Positions 18,835-28,013 of a DNA stretch of 36,335 nucleotides are shown here, in pieces. The notes under the pieces were generated by a model. That model did not search any database and was not told the origin of the DNA. It saw only the letters and a list, made by a program, of their open reading frames with translations. Position 1 is the stretch's first letter, and each line of letters begins with the position of its first letter. Origin of the DNA: Candidatus Helarchaeota archaeon. Lineage in GTDB: Archaea > Asgardarchaeota > Lokiarchaeia > Helarchaeales > RDOG01. The position numbers and the translations under genes were made by a program. The DNA lies in assembly GCA_029838215.1 (NCBI GenBank), contig JALGVI010000024.1, positions 1-36,335 of the forward strand, given 5' to 3'.

Positions 18835-19328
18835 GTTTCTTCCTCAATGATCTTCAAAGCATTATCAATAATGTCAACGTATCCTTCTATTCTTCCTAAT
18901 TCCGCGTGCACCGTATCAATCGTTGTTGCTTCGGCTATTTTTAAATAGATGTCATTAAAAATCTTGATGGTCTGCTTTAACGTTCTGAATTTATTTTCGT
19001 ATCTTTTTACTTCCTTTTTTAATTGCTCTTGTTCTTTTTTCAAGTTCGAATCAATGACTTCCCTTCCAGAAATCGTCGTGGAACGTTCTAAAATGAGCTT
19101 TAGAGATTTGGGCAATTCATCGTACGTAATTATTGATAAATTGACACCGTGTCGATTGGCAAGCTGTTTCACGTCCTCCAATATTTCTTCACGATCTATG
19201 AAATATTCTCCCCTTTTTATTTTTATGATTGCTTTTCTTGCCTGTAATCGATGAAGGCTGACACTGAAACTATTCTTTTTCCGCCTTTCCATCTCTTTTG
19301 GATAAATTATTCTTACGATGAAATCCAT
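18831..19328 (-). CDS. Hypothetical protein: predicted beta-alpha-beta-beta-alpha-beta domain plus coiled coil
   Basis: 165 aa. Alternating beta/alpha pattern at aa 2-67 and heptad repeat LKKEQEQLKKEVKRYENKFRTLK. Confidence 0.72.
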   Translation of the reverse strand: MDFIVRIIYPKEMERRKKNSFSVSLHRLQARKAIIKIKRGEYFIDREEILEDVKQLANRHGVNLSIITYDELPKSLKLILERSTTISGREVIDSNLKKEQEQLKKEVKRYENKFRTLKQTIKIFNDIYLKIAEATTIDTVHAELGRIEGYVDIIDNALKIIEEET

Positions 19329-19567
19329 TTTCGTTCTAATTATAAATTTAAAAAACCTTGTAATTAAATGTTATGCAAATGTTAATTACCAGTAAAATAA
19401 GTGTAATCTTCTGTAAAATTAAACTTCGAATTTTTTCACTCAGCAATTCGTATATGGTAAAAACGAAATAACAAGTTGAATAATACGTGGAATCACACGT
19501 GAAGAATATCAAAAATTGAAAATTGTTGAAAAAAGAAGGATTGAATGAAAAATCAGTTAGCTATCAG

Positions 19568-22222
19568 TTATCGGAGTGAAATTTTCATTTTTAAAGTCTT
19601 TATCTCAAAGGGTTTGATCTTGATCTTAATTTCGCCTTCATTTTGAATTTTGATTTTCTGGGGATTTAGTTCCAAGAGATCTACTTCTTTCACGTCGGAG
19701 ATTATCATGCTTTCATGGAAGCTAATAGTGCAGGTGGTTTGTTTTCCCATTGTTTCAAATAATCGCAGGATGACCTGATTATCATCCTCTGCTTGCTTTA
19801 ACGCTGTTAGAAGAACATTAGGCGGCTCAATCTTGAAAAAATTCGTTCCACTTGGCAATTTTCCAGATGATTTCTTCACTTCTTTGGTGATGAATGGATT
19901 GTTCAGTTCATGAGCTTTTTGAAAAGATAGTGTTTCTTTCCAAGATCCTTTTCCGTGTGGAACGGCCCAATATTCCACGTGAAATTCCGATTGTTCATGG
20001 ACTTTTCTTGAGGGAATCATGCTGGTGATGGGAGGTCCTCCCTTTGGATATCTTGGGCGACGTCCGATGGTCATGCGAACGATGCTCTTATAGCGAGGAT
20101 GGTATTTGGCATCATGACCAAATCGAGTTTTGTTGCATAAGGTCACGCCTGCTTCGGAATCGGATACATCTACCCATTTGTGTGCAGAGATTTCCCAACG
20201 TCCTTTTTGTGGTTTTGTTTTGGGACGAATGTGCCGATCGATCACTCCACATGCTATTTCTGAACTGATTTTATTTGCTTCGATGTTGAATGGAAATTCT
20301 AATTTGATGAGGGTCTCTTTTTGAATGCCCTTGACGTCCAAGGTAAATCTTAACGCGTTCTCATGAGCGAGTAATAAAACCTGTTTTTGGACTTCGATCC
20401 CATCGAATTTTTCTAAGATCTTGACGCAAATTCGTAACGGACCTTTTTCTACAGCTTCGCATGAGATTGTTCTGTTCGTTGAATCGAAGTTAATGGGGCG
20501 TGATAGATAACACTTATCGATATTCCAAGCTGGAAATTGCGCGGCTTTATCCTTGAAAAAACGAAGCTTGTTTGCTTCTCCCGTCAAGAATTCTCGCTGT
20601 AATGACTTGGAAAATAATTGCACGAGATTCCCTGTCTTTCTATCAATTTCCGCCACGATTTCTTGATTTTCAATCCTTATGGTTTGCTCATTTTCTTGAA
20701 TGTTCAAGTCGGATTTAAATTCACTTTTTTTGGTTGACTTACCTCTTTCTACAAGCTTGAAACCGAATGCAGGAACATTTGAAACCAGATGTAACCACGT
20801 TCCTGAATGATCTTGTTGGCACGGTAATGCATTGCCTTGCTCATCCATTAGCTTGTTATCATCGTCAATCTCGATGAGTGCGGAGCGATCCCATGAAAGT
20901 GAATTAAAAATTAACAACGATCTTGCCTGAACTTGAAGTATTTTCGCAAGGTGTTCAAGTGCGCCATTCAGCAGCTTGTTGACATGGAATTGTATTATTT
21001 TGAAATCGTCACGAACATCCTCATAAACTTCTGGGATTGAAGATCCCGGTAAAATATCATGAAATTGATTAAAAAGGATGAGCTTCCAGAGTTTTTCCAA
21101 TCGTTTTTTTGGATAAGGCATCCCGTGGAGTGCCATTAGCGTGGATAGAAGTTCAACATTTTGCATGTCGATTTCTGCTTTACGATTCAACTCTTTCAAC
21201 CAAACGTGAGATGTATATACCCCACGATGTGTTTCTAAGTACATCTCATCATTCCAAATCGGTAATCTATCTTGTTCCTTCTCAATCATCTTGAAATATT
21301 CTTCCATTGTAATGAAATCACACATGCCCAGCTTGTACAATTGCTTGAAGAAGATTATTTCCTCCCGAATTGGACCTCCTCCGCCATCGCCTATACCATA
21401 GACAACTCCAATATCTTGGATGTGGTCCTTTGAACCCGAGTTTTTAATGACATCAGGATCGGTATCATATGAAAACTCCGATTCGGATGGAAAAAATCGA
21501 GCGTGCTTGTCAAAATCACCAACGTTTGGGTGTCCTGCAAAGTTGTTAACACTATACGGCATGCAATATGTAAGAATTGATGACCCATCAGGAGATTTCC
21601 AGTGAAAAGCTATGAAATTAAAGAGAGAATAATCATTCCAACTCATCTTATTCGTGTAAAAATATTTCGCTCCGCTTTTCTTAAGAATTTGGGGCAACGT
21701 CCACGGATATCCAAAACAATCGCTCAAATATGCTACTGTACTGGGCTTTCCAAATTTTTCCAAGTAATATCGTTGTCCGTATAATCGCTGGCGTATCAAT
21801 GACTCCCCTGAAACCAAATTTAAATCAGGTTCAACCCACATTCCCCCGATTAATTCGAACCGACCCTCCGCAACGCGAGATTTTACCCGCTCAAAAATTG
21901 CAGGTGTCAATTCTTCCGTCCAATAATAATACTGCGGGGACGTATTTGAGAACGTGAAAAACGGATATTCTTCCATGTGTTTTAACGCCATCGTGAAGGT
22001 CTTGTAATTTTTCTGTAATGTCTCTTTTCGCCTCCAAAGCCAACAGGCATCAAGGTGACTCTGTCCGATGACGTGAATTCGTGATTTTTTCAAATTTAAT
22101 CCTAAAATCCTTGCCGCAATTTTCCAGAGAATTTTTGAACCCGGCGTGAAGAAGTTACGCTTATCCAATTTTTTTAAAAATTTGTTATATCCCTTGAGTT
22201 CAATAAAGGCTTCCATTATCAA
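19568..22222 (-). CDS. Alpha-mannosidase, glycoside hydrolase family 38 (cytosolic, no signal peptide)
   Basis: IGQSHLDACWLW, GGMWVEPD, GESLIRQ, DCFG, GIGDGGGGP, EMYLETHRG, FNQFHDILPGSSI, KQAED and LRLFE. ATG 22216 is a plausible start. Confidence 0.95.
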   Translation of the reverse strand: MIMEAFIELKGYNKFLKKLDKRNFFTPGSKILWKIAARILGLNLKKSRIHVIGQSHLDACWLWRRKETLQKNYKTFTMALKHMEEYPFFTFSNTSPQYYYWTEELTPAIFERVKSRVAEGRFELIGGMWVEPDLNLVSGESLIRQRLYGQRYYLEKFGKPSTVAYLSDCFGYPWTLPQILKKSGAKYFYTNKMSWNDYSLFNFIAFHWKSPDGSSILTYCMPYSVNNFAGHPNVGDFDKHARFFPSESEFSYDTDPDVIKNSGSKDHIQDIGVVYGIGDGGGGPIREEIIFFKQLYKLGMCDFITMEEYFKMIEKEQDRLPIWNDEMYLETHRGVYTSHVWLKELNRKAEIDMQNVELLSTLMALHGMPYPKKRLEKLWKLILFNQFHDILPGSSIPEVYEDVRDDFKIIQFHVNKLLNGALEHLAKILQVQARSLLIFNSLSWDRSALIEIDDDNKLMDEQGNALPCQQDHSGTWLHLVSNVPAFGFKLVERGKSTKKSEFKSDLNIQENEQTIRIENQEIVAEIDRKTGNLVQLFSKSLQREFLTGEANKLRFFKDKAAQFPAWNIDKCYLSRPINFDSTNRTISCEAVEKGPLRICVKILEKFDGIEVQKQVLLLAHENALRFTLDVKGIQKETLIKLEFPFNIEANKISSEIACGVIDRHIRPKTKPQKGRWEISAHKWVDVSDSEAGVTLCNKTRFGHDAKYHPRYKSIVRMTIGRRPRYPKGGPPITSMIPSRKVHEQSEFHVEYWAVPHGKGSWKETLSFQKAHELNNPFITKEVKKSSGKLPSGTNFFKIEPPNVLLTALKQAEDDNQVILRLFETMGKQTTCTISFHESMIISDVKEVDLLELNPQKIKIQNEGEIKIKIKPFEIKTLKMKISLR

Positions 22223-22293
22223 ATCTCCAGCTTCGTGATTGGTATTACTTCAACATAATGATTTTTTAATGCGATTATTTAAAAGAAGATACA

Positions 22294-23229
22294 ATGTTTT
22301 TATTTCCAATTCTGTCATCATTAATTTTATCAGGTCAATTTTTGCCACAGAAAGTATTGGAAAGGAAGAACGATATCGAGCCCATTCGATATAATTTCTC
22401 CTTCACAATGGGAATCACCTGCCAAGCATTATTGCTCTATCTCGTCTTTAGTGCGGTGTTTTTCCTTGCATTTTCGACCATTTATCGATTTGATTTCATT
22501 TCTTCTTTCATGGCATTTTTCTCAGGTTGCCTGTGGTCAATGGGGAATTATTTCATAATTAAAGGAGTTGACAAAATTGGAATATCAAAAACTACGATTT
22601 TTATGAACTCTGCCAGCATTTTTACCGTGATTCTCGCAACCATTATCTTTCTAGAATTGATAACAATTTCAATGTTAATTGGTTTGCCGTTCTTAATTGT
22701 CGGAGCACTGGTTGTTGCCGTGATTCAAGATCAAAAAGTTGATGCGACTCGGAATCGGAACTGGAAAGGGTATTTATATGTCATTATTGGTGCTTTATTC
22801 TTTTCTTTCTTTAATATAATGGAACAGGAAGCAGTACTTCCAATACACGTTCCATATGCCACGGCACTCCCATTTTTTGCCGTGCCATTACTCATTGGTG
22901 TTGGTGCCGTTTCAACACAATTCATCTTTATCTTCCTGAAAAAAGAATTGAAGACTTGGGTTTTTAATTGGAAAGAATCTGGTCATGAACAGAATTTGTA
23001 TGGAATTCTCGGTGGTGTGGCTTGGGCCTCAGGAATCCTCATCACAGTGTTTTCAAACATGGTGTTTGGTTTATCATTTACGGTACCGATCCTGCAAAGT
23101 TTCTTGATAATTTTCACATCATTTTGGGGCATTATTTTCTTTAAAGAGATCCGAGGTGTTAAAAAACTTCTTTTATTTTGTTTAGGGTGTGTTTTATCCG
23201 TGGTTGGTGTGTTTTTCCTCTCGATCTAA
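22294..23229 (+). CDS. DMT-superfamily transporter (GlcU/GRP sugar transporter-like)
   Basis: About 10 TM segments in two repeats, SGCLWSMGN, GGVAWASG and WGIIFFKE. Divergent from GH38. Confidence 0.8.
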   Translation: MFLFPILSSLILSGQFLPQKVLERKNDIEPIRYNFSFTMGITCQALLLYLVFSAVFFLAFSTIYRFDFISSFMAFFSGCLWSMGNYFIIKGVDKIGISKTTIFMNSASIFTVILATIIFLELITISMLIGLPFLIVGALVVAVIQDQKVDATRNRNWKGYLYVIIGALFFSFFNIMEQEAVLPIHVPYATALPFFAVPLLIGVGAVSTQFIFIFLKKELKTWVFNWKESGHEQNLYGILGGVAWASGILITVFSNMVFGLSFTVPILQSFLIIFTSFWGIIFFKEIRGVKKLLLFCLGCVLSVVGVFFLSI

Positions 23230-23361
23230 ATCATGCCTGCTTTAAAGAAATACTTCAAGCATGAAATTACATGATCCAAACGATTTATAACCCATGTTCC
23301 AGAGGATCTTGTAAGCAATCGTTATTTTCCTGTTTGATATCACTATCGGAAATAAAAGGAC

Positions 23362-25389
23362 GTGCCAAGCCCAAAGATGACGCAAGAAAAGGATCCTGAA
23401 CGTGAATCCAAGATCAAAAAGGCAATCTTAATCAATCCTAATTTGGGTCACCCTAGATTTCTGAACGTGGGATCGGATCTCCAAAGGATGGAAATTCCAA
23501 CGCCTCTACTTTTCATCAGTAATGTTTCTGATCCCGGAAAATTCAAGGAATTAATTGTCAATAAATTAAATGTCGTGCCTGTATTTGAGTATAGGTGGAA
23601 GCTTGAAAAAGAATTAGAAGAAAAACGAAAAGAAAAAAGGAGTATTTGGACAAGAATCAAGAACATTTTTCTTCGTAAGAAATCCCCAAATCAGCAAATC
23701 CTTGATTATTTTGATGAGGAAAGAATAGAATTAATGGGGCAACATGCCGTTAGGGGAGAACCAATGCCCGCCAAGATTTTAAATGTAAAATCTGTCGAAC
23801 CGTGCAAATTGGACGATTTCAATTATCTCAAGGACAATTTTTGTCATCCGCATGAATTTCTTGTTAAGCACGGGATTTTCAAGGAATTCGAGTTTTTCTT
23901 CATCGTTCGAATCGGAATCAGTTTATCTGATGAAGTTAAAGATTTTTTGGCATTTCGGAACTTCATGATGTGCGATATCATTCACGAACTTGATGACGAA
24001 GAAAAACGCGTGAATTATCACTCAATCGTGTTTACGAAAAAAGACTGGAAGGATTTTACATTTATTCAAGCAACGGACCTTCACTTGGCAGAAAGATATG
24101 ATCGCGTGTATGGCTTGATAAAACAAGGCATTAAACCAATTCCACGAAAGGAACGTGATGATGAAGGCCTCATAATAAAGGACAAGTCTCCGAGAGCCAT
24201 CCTAAAAAGATTATTAAAACCGTTGGAAAAGCGAATTAATAATCCAAATAATCAATTTCGTAAGTTTATTAAACTAATGAATGAAAAGGTTCGGGCAAAT
24301 GAGCTTGACTTTATCGTATTCACCGGTGATCTTGTTGATTTCGTTTTATTAAGCAGGCTTCCCAAGGAATCTCGTTCTTTTGATTATGATCGTTGCAATT
24401 GGAGGATTTTCAAAAACCTCATTATAAATCACCCCGATTTAGAAGAACACGAAGGTGTCTTTGAATCGGAAGAATTGCTATGCCCAATTTTTACGGTCTT
24501 GGGAAATCATGATTATCGTCCACATCATTATAGTCTACTCTGGTTGAAAATGTGCGAGCGCTTCGGGCTAACTCATGAAGAAGCAGAAGCGCTAGAAGGG
24601 AAGCTTTCAATAGCAATTTCCCCTTGGAACTCTATTGTAAAAGATTCAATGACACTGGCGGGATATTGCACGGAAATCAATCCATCTCTAAACTTTTCTT
24701 TGAAATTAAGTGGAAATTCATTCATCTTTTTGGATAGCGGATCTGATTCATACATGAATATAGTCGATTTTATTTCAGGCCATCCATCTTTGACTGGCGT
24801 TTCAACCGAGCAGATCGGATTCTTGGAAAACGTTCGAAGGCGTGAAATCCAGAAGGACGATAATGTCTTCCTTTTTCTACATGCTCCTGTAATTAATCCC
24901 GTATCGAAAGGAAGAATCTTTAAATCCATAAAAAAGAGCATCTTTCGACGGAAAGTCAAGACCCTAAAGCTTGAGGATTTTAAAGAATTCCGATTCGGAG
25001 GAAAGCTGGAAAAGAAAAAATCAAAAGTTCGGATTAATAACATTTTCAACATCAAGCACTCGACTGTTTCGTCACATTGGGATGAGTTATTGGAATTTTG
25101 CAAAACATGCAACTTGATCCTAACCGGTCACACTCATACGCTCCGAGAATTTCGGATACATTACGATGACATTGCCAACCAAGATGAACATTCCTTCTCT
25201 GTTTATCACGATATTTATTCTCAAATCTTCACGCGTCCAAAAGAGATCAAAAAATTTGGCCCTTTTGCAGTTCAGACTCCTGCCCTTTGGTTAGATGGTA
25301 AAGGTGAACCTAAAGGAACTGTTTCGTTCCGAGAAATTAAAATCATCAACGGGAAAATAGCATCATTTGGAGTCGTTACGATCTATTGA
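23362..25389 (+). CDS. Large calcineurin-like metallophosphoesterase
   Basis: All five motifs present: TDLH, GDLVD, GNHD, FLH and GHTH. About 230 aa of N-terminal extension. Confidence 0.88.
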   Translation: MPSPKMTQEKDPERESKIKKAILINPNLGHPRFLNVGSDLQRMEIPTPLLFISNVSDPGKFKELIVNKLNVVPVFEYRWKLEKELEEKRKEKRSIWTRIKNIFLRKKSPNQQILDYFDEERIELMGQHAVRGEPMPAKILNVKSVEPCKLDDFNYLKDNFCHPHEFLVKHGIFKEFEFFFIVRIGISLSDEVKDFLAFRNFMMCDIIHELDDEEKRVNYHSIVFTKKDWKDFTFIQATDLHLAERYDRVYGLIKQGIKPIPRKERDDEGLIIKDKSPRAILKRLLKPLEKRINNPNNQFRKFIKLMNEKVRANELDFIVFTGDLVDFVLLSRLPKESRSFDYDRCNWRIFKNLIINHPDLEEHEGVFESEELLCPIFTVLGNHDYRPHHYSLLWLKMCERFGLTHEEAEALEGKLSIAISPWNSIVKDSMTLAGYCTEINPSLNFSLKLSGNSFIFLDSGSDSYMNIVDFISGHPSLTGVSTEQIGFLENVRRREIQKDDNVFLFLHAPVINPVSKGRIFKSIKKSIFRRKVKTLKLEDFKEFRFGGKLEKKKSKVRINNIFNIKHSTVSSHWDELLEFCKTCNLILTGHTHTLREFRIHYDDIANQDEHSFSVYHDIYSQIFTRPKEIKKFGPFAVQTPALWLDGKGEPKGTVSFREIKIINGKIASFGVVTIY

Positions 25390-25412
25390 CCTAAAATAAT
25401 TCGGTTTTAAAA

Positions 25413-25838
25413 ATGCCCGTTAGAAACGTCAGAGTCAAGGATAAATTCGATATAGAAATTTTAGCCCAAAATTGTGCCCCTCTGGTAAGATCAAGCGTTG
25501 TTGGCACGTACGAATTTTTAGCCCGATGCTTTCAGAACACTTTTTTCGTCTATGAAGAAAATTCAAAACTCTTAGGATACATCGTCGGGTTTCCCAATAC
25601 TGCAGTCAAAGGAGAGTTCTGGATTTATCAAATCTGCGTTAATAATGAATTTAGAGGCAAACATGTCGGCTCGAAACTATTCGAAGCCATCGTTTCTCAA
25701 GTTAGAAAGGAAGGATATACCCGCATGAGATCTCACCTGCGATTCGACAACGAACATTCTCTTAATATACACAAAAAATTTGGTTTTGAAATCTGCGGTG
25801 AAGATGACCGTGGATGGTTTGTCGAGCTAATTTTTTAA
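25413..25838 (+). CDS. GNAT N-acetyltransferase (EctA-like pattern)
   Basis: TFFVYEE..LLGYIVG, FWIYQICV, FRGKHVGSKL, N..SLN and KKFGF. Confidence 0.88.
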   Translation: MPVRNVRVKDKFDIEILAQNCAPLVRSSVVGTYEFLARCFQNTFFVYEENSKLLGYIVGFPNTAVKGEFWIYQICVNNEFRGKHVGSKLFEAIVSQVRKEGYTRMRSHLRFDNEHSLNIHKKFGFEICGEDDRGWFVELIF

Positions 25839-25937
25839 ATCATGACGTTTTCTCTCGTGCTTTCGTTGAGCATTCTGCTGATATTAAAAAAATTGAAATG
25901 AGTTTATTAAACTAATTTCTTTCTTTAGTCTTTCATT

Positions 25938-26231
25938 TCATTTCTTGTTTAACATTTCCAAGAATGCTTCAACTCTCGTCTTGATTTGTTCTTCATCCTC
26001 ATTTGAATAATCTGTTTCAATCGTTAACGTTGGAATGCCCGCATTTTTTAGGTGTTTCTCAAGTTTCATGCTTTCCACGATATAAGGCGTGCAGAACGAT
26101 AATGAATAGAGGATCACTCCATCGGCTTTATATTCTTTAAATAGGTGCTTGATATCATCCTTCCTTCCTTCATTTGGGAAAAAACACGCACAATTGATGT
26201 TAATGTAACGATCTGCAAGATTTTTCATCAT
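25938..26231 (-). pseudogene. C-terminal fragment of a 2-hydroxyacyl-CoA dehydratase subunit (HgdB/FldC/BcrC family)
   Basis: LADRY..INCACF.PN..R, YKADGVI, FC.PY..E, GIPTL.IETDYS and EQIKTRVEAFLE. Only 97 aa against roughly 400 for the family; in-frame TAA at 26259-26261 just upstream. Confidence 0.8.
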
Positions 26232-26522
26232 TTGTTGCCATTTTTTCCTTCTCCTTTGTTAAAACACGTCTTTCGAATGGGATTGACCCATTAGAAACTC
26301 TAATAGATCATATTAGAAAACCTAATTTCGAGGTTTAAAAACATTTGTAAAAATAAAATATGTCCAATTGCGATTTTGAGCATGGAAAATTTTTATTAAG
26401 CAAAACTTCTAGATTTCCTAACTCGCTTTTTTACTTCGATAAGTGACTGAAAAGGAAGTGCGTCTATTTCCAGCAAAAAACCACAAAAAAAGAAAATTCC
26501 TAAGTTACCTCCAAAAGAAAAC

Positions 26523-27974
26523 TTGGAGGAATGGTATCCTGAAATACTTCTAAGAACTCAAGTCATTGACAAGCGAATTCCTGATTCTCGTGGGTTTTAT
26601 GGTTATCCACCGTATGGGAGTCGAATGCTCGTTCTCTTGGAAGATCTTTTCATCGGAGAGTTGGAAAGAACAGGACATGATCCCATTCGGACGCCCACTG
26701 TCATACCCGAGAGTCTTCTACAGATTGAAAAAGAACACGCTGAAGGATTTGCCCCTGAAGTGTGGGTCATTACTGAAGGAAGAGACCGAAAGCCATTAAA
26801 CATCCTAAAGGTTCTTCGCCCCACGGGAGAAACTCTAATTTATTCTCTGTTCCATTATTGGATCCGAAGCCATGCCGATCTTCCATTAAAAACATACGAA
26901 CGCCGTCCGAGCTTTAGAGCCGAACCCGATAATGCCATTCAACCATTCTTACGATCTCACGAATTTTATTGGATTGAATCTCATGATGCGTTTAGTTCTT
27001 ATGAAGAAGCCGTTCAACAAGTGCGTGAGGACATGGGAATCTTTGAAAAAATAATTTGGAACAAGTTAGCAATTCCTTTCATGCTCTTTAAACGACCTGA
27101 ATGGGATAAGTTTGCAGGTGCGGATTACACTTGTGCATATGACACGCCTTTGGATGATGGAAAAGTCCTGCAAATTGGGACCACTCACAATCTGGGACAG
27201 AGGTTTGCTAAAGCGTTTGACGTGACTTACCAGTCTGAAGAAAACATCGAAAAACACGTCTGCCAGACTTGTTTTGGTCCCGGGATCGGACGAATTACTG
27301 GTGCTTTGGTACTCATCCACGGTGATGATCAAGGGCTGGTGTTGCCGCCCGCCGTTGCTCCAACACAAGTTGTTGTCATTCCCATTCCAATGAAAGGTAA
27401 AGATGAAGAGGTTCTTGCTTTCAGCTACGAAGTTCATGACATGCTGAAATCAAGAATTCGAGTGCGTATCGATCTAACTGATAATACTCCCGGCTTCAAA
27501 TATTATCTTTGGGAAGAACGAGGCGTTCCACTTCGGATCGAAATTGGTCCCCGTGAAGTCGAAAAACAGCAGGTTCTCATCATCGACCGATTGCACCAAA
27601 TGAAAGAAACCGTATCAAAAGATGACCTCGTTGAGACAGTCCCAAAATTGCTTGATAAATTTACGAATATTTTACAAGATCGAGCAAGAGATCGATTCAG
27701 GATTGCTGAAGTCAGGTCACTTGATGAAATTAAAAAGAAACTCTCCGAAAAAGTACATCTCTTGATCGCACCGTTTTGTGATGACGAAGAATGCATAGAA
27801 TTCTTGAAGGATGAGTATAATCTCAAGGTCAGGGGAATTCCGCTTTTTACAAAAGGAGAAAAAAATATCAAAGAATGTGAAGAAAACTATCGCATCAAGG
27901 ATGAATCCACGCCGTGCATCGTTTGTGAAAAGAGACCTGCCAAACGTAATGTTTACATGGCAAGGCAATATTAA
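26523..27974 (+). CDS. proS: Proline--tRNA ligase (archaeal/eukaryotic type); start uncertain
   Basis: EWY, LRPTGE, PFLRSHEFYWIESH, KFAGA, LQIGTTHNLGQRF, HGDDQGLVLPP, ERGVPLRIEIGPRE, a C-terminal Zn-binding Cys set and terminal Tyr. Confidence 0.96.
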   Translation: MEEWYPEILLRTQVIDKRIPDSRGFYGYPPYGSRMLVLLEDLFIGELERTGHDPIRTPTVIPESLLQIEKEHAEGFAPEVWVITEGRDRKPLNILKVLRPTGETLIYSLFHYWIRSHADLPLKTYERRPSFRAEPDNAIQPFLRSHEFYWIESHDAFSSYEEAVQQVREDMGIFEKIIWNKLAIPFMLFKRPEWDKFAGADYTCAYDTPLDDGKVLQIGTTHNLGQRFAKAFDVTYQSEENIEKHVCQTCFGPGIGRITGALVLIHGDDQGLVLPPAVAPTQVVVIPIPMKGKDEEVLAFSYEVHDMLKSRIRVRIDLTDNTPGFKYYLWEERGVPLRIEIGPREVEKQQVLIIDRLHQMKETVSKDDLVETVPKLLDKFTNILQDRARDRFRIAEVRSLDEIKKKLSEKVHLLIAPFCDDEECIEFLKDEYNLKVRGIPLFTKGEKNIKECEENYRIKDESTPCIVCEKRPAKRNVYMARQY

Positions 27975-28013
27975 AAAAAAAATCGATGTGTTTTAAGATT
28001 TTCACGTGCTCGT

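Noticed and set aside
18831-19328. Cas2 or CRISPR-associated call
   Set aside because: Only a predicted topology match. The catalytic Asp is absent, and there is no cas1 or repeat-spacer array in the window.
19480-19548. Short frame IIRGITREEYQKLKIVEKRRIE resembling a ribbon-helix-helix N-terminus, divergent from the two-gene module
   Set aside because: Only 22 codons, preceded by an in-frame TGA and lacking a canonical start. It may be a decayed regulator but cannot be supported.
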